A stretch of 60,990 nt of DNA, the filler included. It is 6 parts of 6 records of this genome, joined end to end, with 100 filler letters (N's around TTAATTAATTAA, not from the genome) between each part and the next. Parts side by side here need not be neighbours in the genome. Positions count along the whole stretch, not along the records: positions 11,791 to 41,968 come from SRR20825010_318; positions 42,069 to 46,363 come from SRR20825010_323; positions 46,464 to 52,697 come from SRR20825010_325; 3 more parts are not named here. One strand, given 5' to 3'. The position numbers were made by a program, and so were the translations under genes. This document shows positions 41,249 through 51,843 of this stretch, piece by piece; within the stretch, counting starts at the first letter, position 1, and each line of letters starts with the position of its first letter. Below the pieces are notes generated by a model, which was not told the origin of the DNA, did not search any database, and saw only the letters and a list, made by a program, of their open reading frames with translations.

Positions 41249-41674
41249 ATGTTTTCTGACAACAAAAAACCACGACCTATGAATGAATTTGGCGGGCAGC
41301 CCAACAGAATTGAAAAGAACACTAAAATAAAAGGCGATATTACTTCGGAAGCCGACTTTAGAATAGATGGCAAACTGGAGGGCAATGTGACCACGTCGGG
41401 TAAGGTCGTTATCGGAAAGGATGGCTATATCAACGGAAAGGTAGAGTGCGTGAATGCTGATATCGAAGGCAAATTCAATGGTGAGCTCAATGTAAAGGAC
41501 CTCCTTTCCCTAAAATCTTCTGCATATATCGAAGGTACCGTAAGCGTAGCAAAATTGGCCGTGGAACCCGGGGCAACCTTTAATGCCGCCTGTACCATGG
41601 GCAAGGGTGTTGCATCTGCATCGGCAACCAAAATGCAGTCAACCACAAAGAATGAGCCAGCAAAAGCCTCCTAA
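41249..41674 (+). CDS. Bactofilin (polymer-forming cytoskeletal protein)
   Basis: Beta-helix repeats IKGDI, FRIDGKLEGNV, VVIGKDG, LAVEPGATFN. Confidence 0.9.
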   Translation: MFSDNKKPRPMNEFGGQPNRIEKNTKIKGDITSEADFRIDGKLEGNVTTSGKVVIGKDGYINGKVECVNADIEGKFNGELNVKDLLSLKSSAYIEGTVSVAKLAVEPGATFNAACTMGKGVASASATKMQSTTKNEPAKAS

Positions 41675-41882
41675 AAAGTATAAAAAGACAATCAATACAG
41701 CCGCCCGTTTGTCTGGTTCCGCCATTCAAATGGGCGTTGTCATTTATTTGGGCGTATGGGGCGGTAAATGGTTGGATGGTCATTTTGGGACGGAAAGGGT
41801 ATTCTTGCCCATCTGCACGGTACTTGCGGTTGGTATTTCCATATATTTGGTAATTCAACAGGTCAAAAAAATCAACGATTGA
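41652..41882 (+). CDS. AtpZ/AtpI-family small membrane protein
   Basis: QMGVVIYLGVWGGKWLD motif, two TM segments; ATG at 41652. Confidence 0.8.
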   Translation: MSQQKPPKKYKKTINTAARLSGSAIQMGVVIYLGVWGGKWLDGHFGTERVFLPICTVLAVGISIYLVIQQVKKIND

Positions 41883-41968
41883 AGTTAAGGACTTACCCTA
41901 TTCGATTTGTTTTCCTTTTGTTAGTAGGATTAATAGCCTTGTTCTTTGCACAGTCATGGATTTTGGAG
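41879..41968 (+). CDS. Membrane protein (3' truncated; DUF6168-like by position)
   Basis: TTG start overlapping the previous stop (TTGA); hydrophobic N-terminus. Confidence 0.5.
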
Positions 41969-42068
41969 NNNNNNNNNNNNNNNNNNNNNNNNNNNNNNNN
42001 NNNNNNNNNNNNTTAATTAATTAANNNNNNNNNNNNNNNNNNNNNNNNNNNNNNNNNNNNNNNNNNNN
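41969..42068. other. Artificial contig spacer
   Basis: N44-TTAATTAATTAA-N44. Confidence 0.98.
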
Positions 42069-42637
42069 CCCCTGGCCATGGCCAGATGGTGCGGCTGGTG
42101 ATGGCTACCTTTGGCCATCAGGCCGAAGAAGCCGAGCGCCCTGGCCCTTTCCAGATCGGCATCCGTTCCGCTCGTCACCGAAAGGATTGCTCCGTCCGAC
42201 GTGGTCTGCGCCTCCACGGTCCAGGGGCCTGTCCTGTTGAGTTCCGCGGCATGGGCCGGCACCATCGCCTGAATGGCGCGCAGCACGCCGCCTTCGCCCT
42301 CGATCCGGAACCGGATGGTGTCTCCCTCGACTGTCGAGGTTGCCTTTGCTTCCAGTATCAGGCTGTTCATGTCGACCAGATGCTCGTGAAGCGCGGCAAT
42401 GTCGATCTTCGACCAGTCCGTGTCCGGATCCGCTTCAAGCAGCGCGACGATTTCTGCAATCGCCGCGAAGGCGGACTGGCCGCCTTCCTTGGGCAATTCC
42501 TTGCCACCATGATTGGCATGCGCCGAATGGCTTGCTCCTGTATTCGGCGTTGCATTCGAGGTGGAAATCCAGTGGTAGACCGGAATCGCGCCGGCCAGGA
42601 TGGCGAGAACCGCGATGAGAATGGGAAGGCGTTTCAT
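42069..42637 (-). CDS. Exported His/Met-rich hypothetical protein (stop codon cut off)
   Basis: AGGAG RBS, hydrophobic N-terminal signal/anchor, motifs HSAHANH, HEHLVDM, MVPAHA, MAKGSHHQPHHLAMA. Confidence 0.82.
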
Positions 42638-42687
42638 CAAATGATCTCCTGTGTTGAGCGGAGACTACGCTGGCAGGTCGTTGCCGG

Positions 42688-42707
42688 AATATGATTTTGA
42701 TCATATT
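42688..42707. promoter_or_regulatory. Crp/Fnr-type binding box (variant)
   Basis: Perfect inverted repeat AATATGAT-TTTG-ATCATATT between the divergent genes; same N4 spacing as the FNR box TTGAT-N4-ATCAA. Confidence 0.75.
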
Positions 42708-42715
42708 GTGCCGGC

Positions 42716-43285
42716 ATGCTGCCCTATCCGTTCGATCTTCTGCCATCTTCCGCATGCGCGCCGCGATCGGTGAAAAAGGGCGTTGCGCTGTTTCACCGTG
42801 ATGACCCTGCAACAGCGATGTACCATGTGATTTCAGGCCAGGTGCACCTGCTCCGACACACCAGGCAGGGCGATGAAGTGGTCATTCACCGCGCCCATGA
42901 CGACGAGAGCTTTGCCGAGGCGGCGCTGTTTTCACCCGTCTATCATTGCGACGCCGTGGCAGCCTCAGACAGCGAGCTGGTGCGCATCGACAAGACCGCG
43001 GCACTGGAACGCATGAAAACGGATCCGGACTTCGCCATCGCGATCTCCGCCCGTTTCGCCGGGCAGATCCAGAATTACCGCCGGAGACTGGAAATCGTTG
43101 CCATCAGGGATGCGAAAGCCCGTGTCTTCGCCGCGGTGGCCGACGGCATGCTGACCGGCAACATCAAGCCGGTTGCCGCACAGATCGGCCTGACGCATGA
43201 GGCCATGTATCGCGCGCTGTCGTCGCTGGTTCGCGCCGGCAGGTTGATCAAGACCGGAAGAGGCCGCTACCGCTTGTCCGATTGA
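42716..43285 (+). CDS. Crp/Fnr-family transcriptional regulator
   Basis: cNMP-like domain LFHRDD..MYHVISGQV.L, ESFAEAALF, YHCDAVA; HTH VAAQIGLTHEAMYRALSSL. Confidence 0.9.
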   Translation: MLPYPFDLLPSSACAPRSVKKGVALFHRDDPATAMYHVISGQVHLLRHTRQGDEVVIHRAHDDESFAEAALFSPVYHCDAVAASDSELVRIDKTAALERMKTDPDFAIAISARFAGQIQNYRRRLEIVAIRDAKARVFAAVADGMLTGNIKPVAAQIGLTHEAMYRALSSLVRAGRLIKTGRGRYRLSD

Positions 43286-43294
43286 GCCGGATTG

Positions 43295-44146
43295 TCAGCT
43301 CTCGCCAACAAGCATCCGCACTTCCGATCCGGCGCCCGGACCCTGGGCCAGCAACCGCGCCAGCTCGGGCAGGATCTGTCTTAGTTCGGCTTCCAGCGTG
43401 AACGGCGGATTGATGATCACCAGGCCCGATCCGTTGAGCCCCGGCGCGATCTGGTTGGCGCGTGCCAGCAGCCGCACGGTCAGCGTGCGCGGTCTTGCCA
43501 GCGCGACCAGCTTGTTGTCGAAGGCGGCAAGCGGGCTGTCGGCCTTGATCGGATGCCACAGCATGTAGGTACCACCCGGAAACCGCCGCGTCGCCCGCGC
43601 CAGCCCGTCGATCATCCGGTCGTATTCGCCGGATTCCTCGAACGGCGGGTCGATCAGCACCAGGCCGCGTTTTTCCTTGGGCGGCAGATGTCCGCCGAGC
43701 GACAACCAGCCGTCAAGCTCGATGACCCGCACCTGGTAGTCGCCTTCAAACACCTGTCTGAGCTGCGCGGCATCTTCCGGATGCAGCTCGATCGCCGTCA
43801 GCCGGTCCTGCTTGCGCATGAGCTGCCGGGCGAGCTTCGGCGAGCCTGGGTAATGGAGAAGGCCGCCCTCCGGGTTGAGCGCCTCGACCGCATCGAGCCA
43901 CGGCGCCAGGAAGGCCTTCAGGTCGGCGGACAGCTCGGCCCCGATCACCCGCCCGATCCCGTCGCGCCATTCTCCGGTCTTCTGCGCCTCGGCTGACGCC
44001 AGATCGTAGAGCCCGATGCCCGCATGAGTGTCGATGACCCGGAACGCCGGGTCCTTGCGCTTGAGATAGGTGATGATCCGGGCCAGCACCGCGTGCTTGA
44101 GCACATCGGCGAAATTGCCCGCGTGGTAGCTGTGGCGATAATTCAT
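43295..44146 (-). CDS. rlmJ: 23S rRNA (adenine(2030)-N6)-methyltransferase
   Basis: MNYRHSYHAGNFADVLKH, DTHAG.G.Y, YPGSP, LIDPPFE, INPP. Confidence 0.95.
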   Translation of the reverse strand: MNYRHSYHAGNFADVLKHAVLARIITYLKRKDPAFRVIDTHAGIGLYDLASAEAQKTGEWRDGIGRVIGAELSADLKAFLAPWLDAVEALNPEGGLLHYPGSPKLARQLMRKQDRLTAIELHPEDAAQLRQVFEGDYQVRVIELDGWLSLGGHLPPKEKRGLVLIDPPFEESGEYDRMIDGLARATRRFPGGTYMLWHPIKADSPLAAFDNKLVALARPRTLTVRLLARANQIAPGLNGSGLVIINPPFTLEAELRQILPELARLLAQGPGAGSEVRMLVGES

Positions 44147-44231
44147 CGTCTGGCGTGATGCGTCCCTGATTTGATCTGATGAACCGCTGCGCGGCGTGGC
44201 GCGGCGTCGCAAATTCTCTTATAGAGAAAGC

Positions 44232-46363
44232 ATGAATGACGCGACCCCCCTTGATTCCGCCGCCCTCGATTCCGCTGCGGTCACCGCCATCGGCCATTCC
44301 GCCTGTCCGCATGACTGTCCGTCGACCTGTGCGCTGGAGGTGGAACTGCTTGCGCACAACCGCATCGGCCGGGTGCGCGGCGATGCCGCCAACAGCTACA
44401 CCGCCGGCGTCATCTGCGCCAAGGTGGCCCGCTATGCCGAGCGCATCCACCACCCCGAGCGGCTGCTCAAGCCGCTGATCCGCTCAGGCGCGAAAGGCGA
44501 GGGGCAATGGAAGGAGGCGAGCTTCGGGGCGGCGCTCGACCTGATAGCCGAGAAATTCGAGCAGGCGGAGGCAAGATTTGGCTCCGAGACGGTCTGGCTC
44601 AACTATTATGCCGGCACCATGGGGTTGGTGCAGCGCGACGGCATCCATCGGCTCCGGCACGCCAAGCGCTACTCCAACCAGTTCGACAGTTTCTGCACCA
44701 ACATGGCCTGGACCGGCTTCGCTATGGGAGCGGGCGCCATGCGCGGCTCCGATCCGCGTGAGATGGCCAAATCCGACTGCGTGGTGATCTGGGGCACCAA
44801 TGCAGTCTCGACCCAGGTCAACGTCATGACCCATGCCATCCGCGCCCGCAAGGAGCGCGGCGCCAGGATCGTGGTCATCGACATCTACGACACCCCGACC
44901 ATGAAACAGGCCGACATCAAGGTGCTGCTCAAGCCCGGCACCGACGGCGCCTTCGCCTGCGCGGTGATGCATGTGCTGTTCCGCGAGGGCTTGGCCGATC
45001 GCGATTATCTCAACAAATTCAGTGATGACCCGGCAGGCCTTGAATCACATTTGCAGAACAGGACGCCGGAATGGGCAGAACCCATCTGCGGTGTGCCGGT
45101 GGCCGAGATCGAGGCCTTCGCGCGATTGGTCGGCACGACGAAACGGACCTTCTTCCGGCTTGGCTACGGTTTCACCCGCCAGCGCAACGGCGCGGTCAAC
45201 ATGCATGCGGCGCTGTCGCTCGCGGTCTGCACCGGCAGCTACCAGTATGAGGGCGGCGGCGCGTTTCATTCCAACTCGGACATCTTCCGGCTCGACAAGT
45301 CACTGCTCGAAGGCCGCAAGCACTACGATCCCGGCCTGCGCTGGCTCGACCAGTCCAAGATCGGCCGGATACTGACCGGGGACGCAGACGCGCTGAATGG
45401 CGGCCCGCCGGTCACCGCCATGCTGGTCCAGAACACCAATCCCGCCAATGTCGCGCCCGAGCAGCGCAAGGTGATCGAGGGGCTCAGGCGCGAGGACCTG
45501 TTTCTCGCCGTCCACGAGCAGTTCATGACCGATACGGCGCGCTACGCGGATGTGGTGCTGCCCGCCACCATGTTTTTCGAACACGACGACATCTATCGCG
45601 GCGGCGGCCACCAGCACATCGTGCTCGGCCCGAAGCTGGTCGACCCGCCCGAAGGCCCGAAACCCAATCACCATGTGATCGAGGAACTGGGCAAGCGTCT
45701 CGGCGTCGCCGACCGCGAAGGCTTTGGTCTCAGCGAACGCCAGCATATCGACATCATGCTCGACAAGCGGGGCTTGGGTGACTTCGACAGCTTCAAGGCC
45801 GGCAAATGGGCCGATGTCCAGTCCGATTTCGAGACCGCGCATTTTCTCAAAGGATTTGCCCACAAGGATGGCAAGTACCGCTTCCGGCCCGACTGGACCG
45901 GAACGCCCGCCGCCAACAGGCCGCCCAAACGCATGGGCCCGCAAGGCCCGGTGGAGCAATTGCCGGAGTTTCCCGATCACGTCGAGCTGATCGAAAGCGC
46001 CGATGCGGATCATCCCTTCCGGCTGGCGACATCGCCGTCGCGCTCGTTCCTCAACTCCACCTTTGCCGAAACGCCGTCGTCAAGGTCCAAGGAAAAGCGC
46101 CCCGAGCTCTTGATCCACCCGGAGGACGCCGCCAGTCTCGGGATTGCGGATGGCGACAGGGTGCGGCTCGGCAACACCCGCGGTGATCTTGCCATGCATG
46201 CAAGACTGGACGCCGGTCAGCGCCGTGGCGTCGTCATCCATGAAGGGCTCTGGCCGAACTCCGCCTTCGAGGGCGGGGAGGGCATCAACACGTTGACCTG
46301 CGCCGATTCCTGCGCCCCCTATGGCGGCGCCGCATTCCACGACACGCGGGCGTGGGTGCGGAA
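44232..46363 (+). CDS. Molybdopterin-dependent oxidoreductase (3' end truncated)
   Basis: CPHDCPSTC...ICAK Fe-S motif, PGTDGA, TDTARYADVVLPAT, C-terminal IHPEDA..LGI.DGD.V; no Tat signal. Confidence 0.9.
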
Positions 46364-46463
46364 NNNNNNNNNNNNNNNNNNNNNNNNNNNNNNNNNNNNN
46401 NNNNNNNTTAATTAATTAANNNNNNNNNNNNNNNNNNNNNNNNNNNNNNNNNNNNNNNNNNNN
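46364..46463. other. Artificial contig spacer
   Basis: N44-TTAATTAATTAA-N44. Confidence 0.98.
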
Positions 46464-47813
46464 CGTGTCGTTGAACAGCACCGTGTCCTGCGGAACGATG
46501 CCGATCGCGCGGCGGAGGCTCGCCTGCGTGACCGAGCGGATATCCTGACCGTCGATCAGGATGGCGCCTTCGTCGATATCGTAGAACCGGAACAGCAGAC
46601 GGGAGATGGTCGACTTGCCGGCCCCGCTCGGGCCGACCAGCGCAACCGTCTTGCCGGCCGGCACGTCGAAGCTGATACCCTTCAGAATCCCCCGCTCGGC
46701 TGAATAGCCGAACTTCACATTCTCGAACCGTACCGCGCCACTATCCACCACAAGGTCCGCAGCCCCTTCCGCGTCCTCGATCTCCTGTTCCTCTTCGAGC
46801 AGAAGAAACATCTGCTGCATGTCCGTCAGGGACTGCTTGATCTCGCGATAGACGAAGCCGAGGAAGTTCAGCGGCATGTAGAGCTGGATCAGATAGGTGT
46901 TCACCATGACGAAATCGCCGACCGTCGCCTTTCCGGAGGCTATGTCGCCCCCCGCAAGCGCCATGACGACCATCAGCCCGGCCGCGATGATCCCGCCCTG
47001 GCCGACATTGACCAGTGACAGGCTGGTCCGGCTTTTGACGGCCGCATCCTCGTAGCTCCGCATGGAGCGGTCATACCGCTCTTCCTCATGCGTCTCGTTG
47101 CCGAAATATTTGACCGTCTCGTAATTCAACAGGCTGTCGACCGCGCGGGTATTGGCGCGATTATCCATCGTGTTCATCCGGCGCCGGATCTTCAGCCGCC
47201 ATTCCGTCACCAGCATGGTGAAGGCGATATAGGAAAAGATCGTCCCGAAGGTGGCGATGGCATAGCGGAAGTCGAACATCCACCAGAGCACGCCGCAGAC
47301 CAGAAAGATCTCGAACAATGTCGGCAGGATGTTGAAAAGCATGAAATTGAGCAGGAACTCGATGGCCTTCGTACCCCGCTCGATCACCCGTGTCAGCCCG
47401 CCCGTCTGGCGATCCAGATGGAACCGCAGGGAAAGCCGGTGCAGATGCCGGAACGTCTTGATGGCCACCGCCCGGATCGCCCGCTGGGCAACGCGGGCAA
47501 AGAAGAACTCGCGCAACTGGGCGAAGGCCTGCTGGCCGAGGCGTGTCATGCCATAGGCGACAACAATCCACAGCAGGACCGTGAAATCGAATTTATCGCC
47601 AGAGATCAGGTCTACCGCTTCCTTGTAGAGGACCGGAACATAGACCGAGGCTGCCTTTGCCAGGACGAGACAGGCAATCGCCACGACCACCCGCGCCCGC
47701 ATCTCGAACTGGCCTTTCGGCCAGAGATAAGGCAGCAGGGATTTGATCGTATCGAGATCAGCAGTCGCTGGCGGATCGGCCTCGGTCAGATTAGCGGTTG
47801 GACGACGTGACAT
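46464..47813 (-). CDS. Atm1/ABCB7-like ABC exporter, permease + ATPase (3' truncated)
   Basis: FHLDRQTGGL, DSLLNYETVKYF, PLNFLGFVYREI, GPSGAGKST, VPQDTVLFN; ATG 47813 has an AGGA RBS. Confidence 0.92.
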
Positions 47814-48096
47814 TAAATTTCCTGTCGGGCAGCACCGGGGGCACATCCCGCTTTTTGTTTGTTCGATAAATATGGAACTATAAACCATATGCACAAGGCT
47901 GTTCATTGGTGCAAGCACCAGTGACCGGCAGACGGCCATATTCCTGATCGGCAGGCCCGACCCATAGCCCCATAACCCAGGTCCGTAGCGCCGACTCTGG
48001 CTGAAGCTTCGCAGCTTTGGCTATGCGCCGGGACTATGCCGGAACCACCCTGCAGGGGGAAAGAAACAAATAAATCCCGATATGACCGTTGAGAGC

Positions 48097-50907
48097 TTAG
48101 CCGCTGTTGCGGAGTCCCGCTGCGATTCCATTGATGGTCAATTGTATGCCCCGCAAGATCTTTGGATCATCCGCATCCCGGCGATAGTCGCGGAGCAGAT
48201 TGACCTGCAGGTGGTTCAGCGGATCGAGATAGGGAAAACGGTTCGAGATCGACCGTGACAAAAGAGGGTTCCCGTCCAGCAGGGTTTCATCCTGCATGAT
48301 CTGGAGCAGAGCCTCGATGGAGGCTTCCCTTTCATCGCGTATCCGCTGGAAAATCGCATCCCGCAATTCCCCGTCTTCAACCAGATCCGCATAGCGCGAT
48401 GCGATCGCGACATTGGTCTTGGAAAGCACCATGGCCATGTTGGAGAGCTGCGCCTTGAAGAACGGCCACTCCCGATACATCGCACGAAGACGGTCCAGGC
48501 CATCCTCCGGATGTGCCATCAGCCATGCCTGGACCGCACTGCCAAAGCCATACCACCCGGGCAGCATCAGGCGGCATTGCGACCAACTGAAGACCCAGGG
48601 AATGGCGCGCAGATCTGCTATCTTGCCGAGTTTTTTCCGGGAGGCAGGGCGCGAGCCGATATTCAGGGTGGCGATCTCATTGATGACCGTCGAGCCCCAG
48701 AAATACTCATCGAAACGCGGGGTTTCATAGACCAGCGCGCGATAGGCCTTGAAAGCGCTGGCCGACAATTCCTCCATCGCCGCCAGAAACTCAGGCGGAA
48801 CGTCGTCCCGGTCCGGCCGCAACAGCGAGGCCTCAAGACAGGCCGCGGCAAGGATCTCCAGATTCCGGCGGCCAAGATCCGGGTTGGTGTACTTGCTGGA
48901 AATGATCTCGCCCTGCTCTGTCAGACGGATATGACCGTCCACCGCACCGGCCGGCTGGGCCAGGATAGCCTCGAAACTCGGGCCGCCGCCGCGCCCGACG
49001 GTGCCGCCACGGCCATGAAACAGGCGCAGCCGGACATTGTGCCGCTGGAACAGGTCGATCAGCGCGATCTCGGCCTTGTAGAGCTCCCAGCCGGACGTCA
49101 GATAGCCGCCATCCTTGTTGCTGTCGGAATAGCCAAGCATGACTTCCTGAACGCCGCCAAGATCGTCCACCAGCGCGCGGTAGGCCGGGATTGACAGCAA
49201 CCGGTCCATGATCCCGACGCAATTGCGCAAATCTTCGATGGTCTCGAACAGCGGAACAATATTGACGGCACTCCGGCCTTCCGGCGTGACGAGGCCGACT
49301 TCCTTCAACAGGATTGCCAGCTCAAGCAGGTCCGAGACGCTTTGGGTGTTGGAGATAATCGCGGTGGTGATTGCACGCGGCCCATAGCGCCGATGCGCCG
49401 CCGAAGCGGCCCTGAAGATCGCCAGCTCCTTCTCGGTTTCCTCCGAATAGCTCTCGAACGGGCGCAGCAGCGGGCGGAGATTACCCAGCTCCGATGACAG
49501 CAGAGCGACCCTCTCATTCTCTTCCAGAACCGTATAATCGGGCACCGCCCCCACCGTCTGCAGCAACTCCCCGACGGTGCGGGCATGCACCTCCGAGTTT
49601 TGCCGCATGTCCAGCGTGGCGAGATGGAAGCCGAAACAATCGACCGCACGCCGCAAGCGGCGCAGACGCCCTTCGGTCAGCGGGCGGGAGCCGTGCGCGA
49701 CCAGAGAGGCATGCACAATGTCCAGATCCGCGCGCAGAGCTTCAGGGCTCTCATATTTGATGAATGCAGAGTGCTCACGGCTCTCGACCGGCGGTATTCC
49801 GTGCGCGGGCAGTACATCGGCCGGCAATGGCTCCTTCACCGCCTCCAGTGTCGCCGCGACCCGGCTGCCGATACCCGAGAGCGCCCGGCGATAAGGCTCA
49901 AGAACCGTATGCTCCGAAACGTCCGCCGCATTGTCCGCCAGCGCCGACAGCTCTTCAGACACAGAGACGATGCGCAGGGACAGGGAAAGCTCGTCCTCAA
50001 GCTTCTCCAGTTCCGACAGATAGAAGCCGAGCACGCGCTCGCTCTGCATCTGCAGAGTGCGTTCCACGACAGTAGCGGTCACGAACGGATTGCCGTCCCG
50101 ATCCCCGCCAATCCAGCTGCCGATACGCAGGAAAGACGCGAGCTCGACGGGCAGCTCACTCCCATCCATAGCGGAGATGCGGTCTTCGAGACGGCAATAG
50201 AGGCGCGGCAGCTTCCGGAAGAAGGTGTAATCGTAATAGGTCAGGCCATTCTCGACCTCATCGGCAACATCAAGCCGGGTCTGACGCAGCAGATTGGTCT
50301 GCCAGAGCGTAAGGATTGCGCGGCCGAGTTTGGCGTCGATATCCTCCGCCTCTTCCGCCGTCCACGGCCCTCGCTCCAGTTTGGCAATCAGATCGGCGAC
50401 AGCCATTTCACGACGCATCGTGCTTTTGCGGCGCACTTCCGTCGGATGCGCCGTCAGCACCGGGCTGACCAATGCGTTCCGGAAAAAGGCCTCAAGGCCG
50501 CCGGCGGAAAATCCGGCTTCGGCGGCACGGCCAAGCGCGGCTTCAATGGTGCCGCGCCGGGCGGCTGAACCGGCAATATCGTGCGCACGGTTCCGGCGGG
50601 TGTGATGCAGGTCCTCGGCAATATTCGCGAGGTGCGAGAAGTAACTGAACGCCCGGATGACCTGCACCGACTGATCCGGGTTCAGACGCTCAAGAATGCT
50701 CTCGAGCTCCTGTTTCGCCGTCAGTTCGTCATCGCGGTGAAAGCGGATCGAGGTCTGCCGGATCGTCTCGATGATATCGAAGACATCCTGACCCTCCTGC
50801 TCCCTGACGGTATCGCCCAGCAGGCGCCCGAGGAGCCGGATATTCTCGCGCAGCGGCGCGTCTTTGCCGTCTTCAATTCCTGAATTCAGGCGGGTCTCAT
50901 CAGGCAT
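48097..50907 (-). CDS. ppc: Phosphoenolpyruvate carboxylase
   Basis: [56 protein letters not shown]. Confidence 0.97.
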   Translation of the reverse strand: MPDETRLNSGIEDGKDAPLRENIRLLGRLLGDTVREQEGQDVFDIIETIRQTSIRFHRDDELTAKQELESILERLNPDQSVQVIRAFSYFSHLANIAEDLHHTRRNRAHDIAGSAARRGTIEAALGRAAEAGFSAGGLEAFFRNALVSPVLTAHPTEVRRKSTMRREMAVADLIAKLERGPWTAEEAEDIDAKLGRAILTLWQTNLLRQTRLDVADEVENGLTYYDYTFFRKLPRLYCRLEDRISAMDGSELPVELASFLRIGSWIGGDRDGNPFVTATVVERTLQMQSERVLGFYLSELEKLEDELSLSLRIVSVSEELSALADNAADVSEHTVLEPYRRALSGIGSRVAATLEAVKEPLPADVLPAHGIPPVESREHSAFIKYESPEALRADLDIVHASLVAHGSRPLTEGRLRRLRRAVDCFGFHLATLDMRQNSEVHARTVGELLQTVGAVPDYTVLEENERVALLSSELGNLRPLLRPFESYSEETEKELAIFRAASAAHRRYGPRAITTAIISNTQSVSDLLELAILLKEVGLVTPEGRSAVNIVPLFETIEDLRNCVGIMDRLLSIPAYRALVDDLGGVQEVMLGYSDSNKDGGYLTSGWELYKAEIALIDLFQRHNVRLRLFHGRGGTVGRGGGPSFEAILAQPAGAVDGHIRLTEQGEIISSKYTNPDLGRRNLEILAAACLEASLLRPDRDDVPPEFLAAMEELSASAFKAYRALVYETPRFDEYFWGSTVINEIATLNIGSRPASRKKLGKIADLRAIPWVFSWSQCRLMLPGWYGFGSAVQAWLMAHPEDGLDRLRAMYREWPFFKAQLSNMAMVLSKTNVAIASRYADLVEDGELRDAIFQRIRDEREASIEALLQIMQDETLLDGNPLLSRSISNRFPYLDPLNHLQVNLLRDYRRDADDPKILRGIQLTINGIAAGLRNSG

Positions 50908-51029
50908 AGCACCTCACACCCACACATTGCGCCCAGCGTTGCTCGCAGGCACAGCATCCACGTCATAGAGAAGGCTGATATCAGGCGCTGGTCAAGGGAG
51001 CAGTGCTCACGCCCCCACAACGAATCCGG

Positions 51030-51383
51030 TCAGGAAGCGACGTTGAAACTCTCACCGCAACCGCAGCGGCTTTCTTCGTTCGGATTGTTGAAGACGAATC
51101 CGGAGTAATATTTGTCTTCCTGGAAATCCATCTCGGAACCGAGGATGAACATCACGGATGTCGGGTCGACAAAGATGGTGACACCCTTGTCCTCGACCAT
51201 GTCCTCGAACTTCTTCCGCTCCTTGGCATACTCAACGAAATAGCTGAGGCCAGAGCATCCCTTGGCCTTCACACCAACGCGCAGACCGAGAACGCCGTCC
51301 TCGGGTTTCGCCGCCATCAGGGACTTGACCCTTTCCGCAGCAGCGTCCGTCAAAGTGATCGGGGCTTTACCGGGCTGAAACAT
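51030..51383 (-). CDS. sufA: A-type Fe-S carrier (HesB/IscA/SufA family)
   Basis: GCSGLSY and NPN...CGCGESF; downstream of sufS. Confidence 0.88.
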   Translation of the reverse strand: MFQPGKAPITLTDAAAERVKSLMAAKPEDGVLGLRVGVKAKGCSGLSYFVEYAKERKKFEDMVEDKGVTIFVDPTSVMFILGSEMDFQEDKYYSGFVFNNPNEESRCGCGESFNVAS

Positions 51384-51441
51384 GGTGTCTCTTTCCTCTG
51401 TTAGCCTGTCATCTCTATATAATGATGCGCTGGGTCATATT

Positions 51442-51843
51442 CTAGAACATGTTGAGCGCGAGACGGGCCTCGTCGCTCATCCGCTCCGGCGTCCAGGCGG
51501 GCTCCCAGGTCAACTCGACCTGAACACGGCCAACACCTTTGACGCCTGCCGCCGCTTCACCGACATCAATCGGAAGCTGGCCCGCAACCGGACAGGCCGG
51601 TGCCGTCAGGGTCATCAGGATCTTCACATCACCGGTTTCTGCGATGGCTATCTCGTAAACCAGGCCGAGCTCATAGATATCGACCGGAATTTCCGGGTCG
51701 TAGACTTCTTTCAGCGCAAGGATGATCGCGTCTTCCGTTGCGACCGCCACACCTTCGGCCAGCGGCTCACCGGTTTCGGCAACAATGCCTTCATCCGGCG
51801 GCGGAATATCGAGAAAGTCATGCATTCCGGGACCTCCGTGCAT
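51442..51843 (-). CDS. sufT: SUF-system Fe-S assembly protein (DUF59/SufT-like)
   Basis: VYDPEIPVDIYELGLVY, MTLTAPACPVA, W..ERMSDEARL; ATG overlaps the sufS stop. Confidence 0.85.
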   Translation of the reverse strand: MHGGPGMHDFLDIPPPDEGIVAETGEPLAEGVAVATEDAIILALKEVYDPEIPVDIYELGLVYEIAIAETGDVKILMTLTAPACPVAGQLPIDVGEAAAGVKGVGRVQVELTWEPAWTPERMSDEARLALNMF

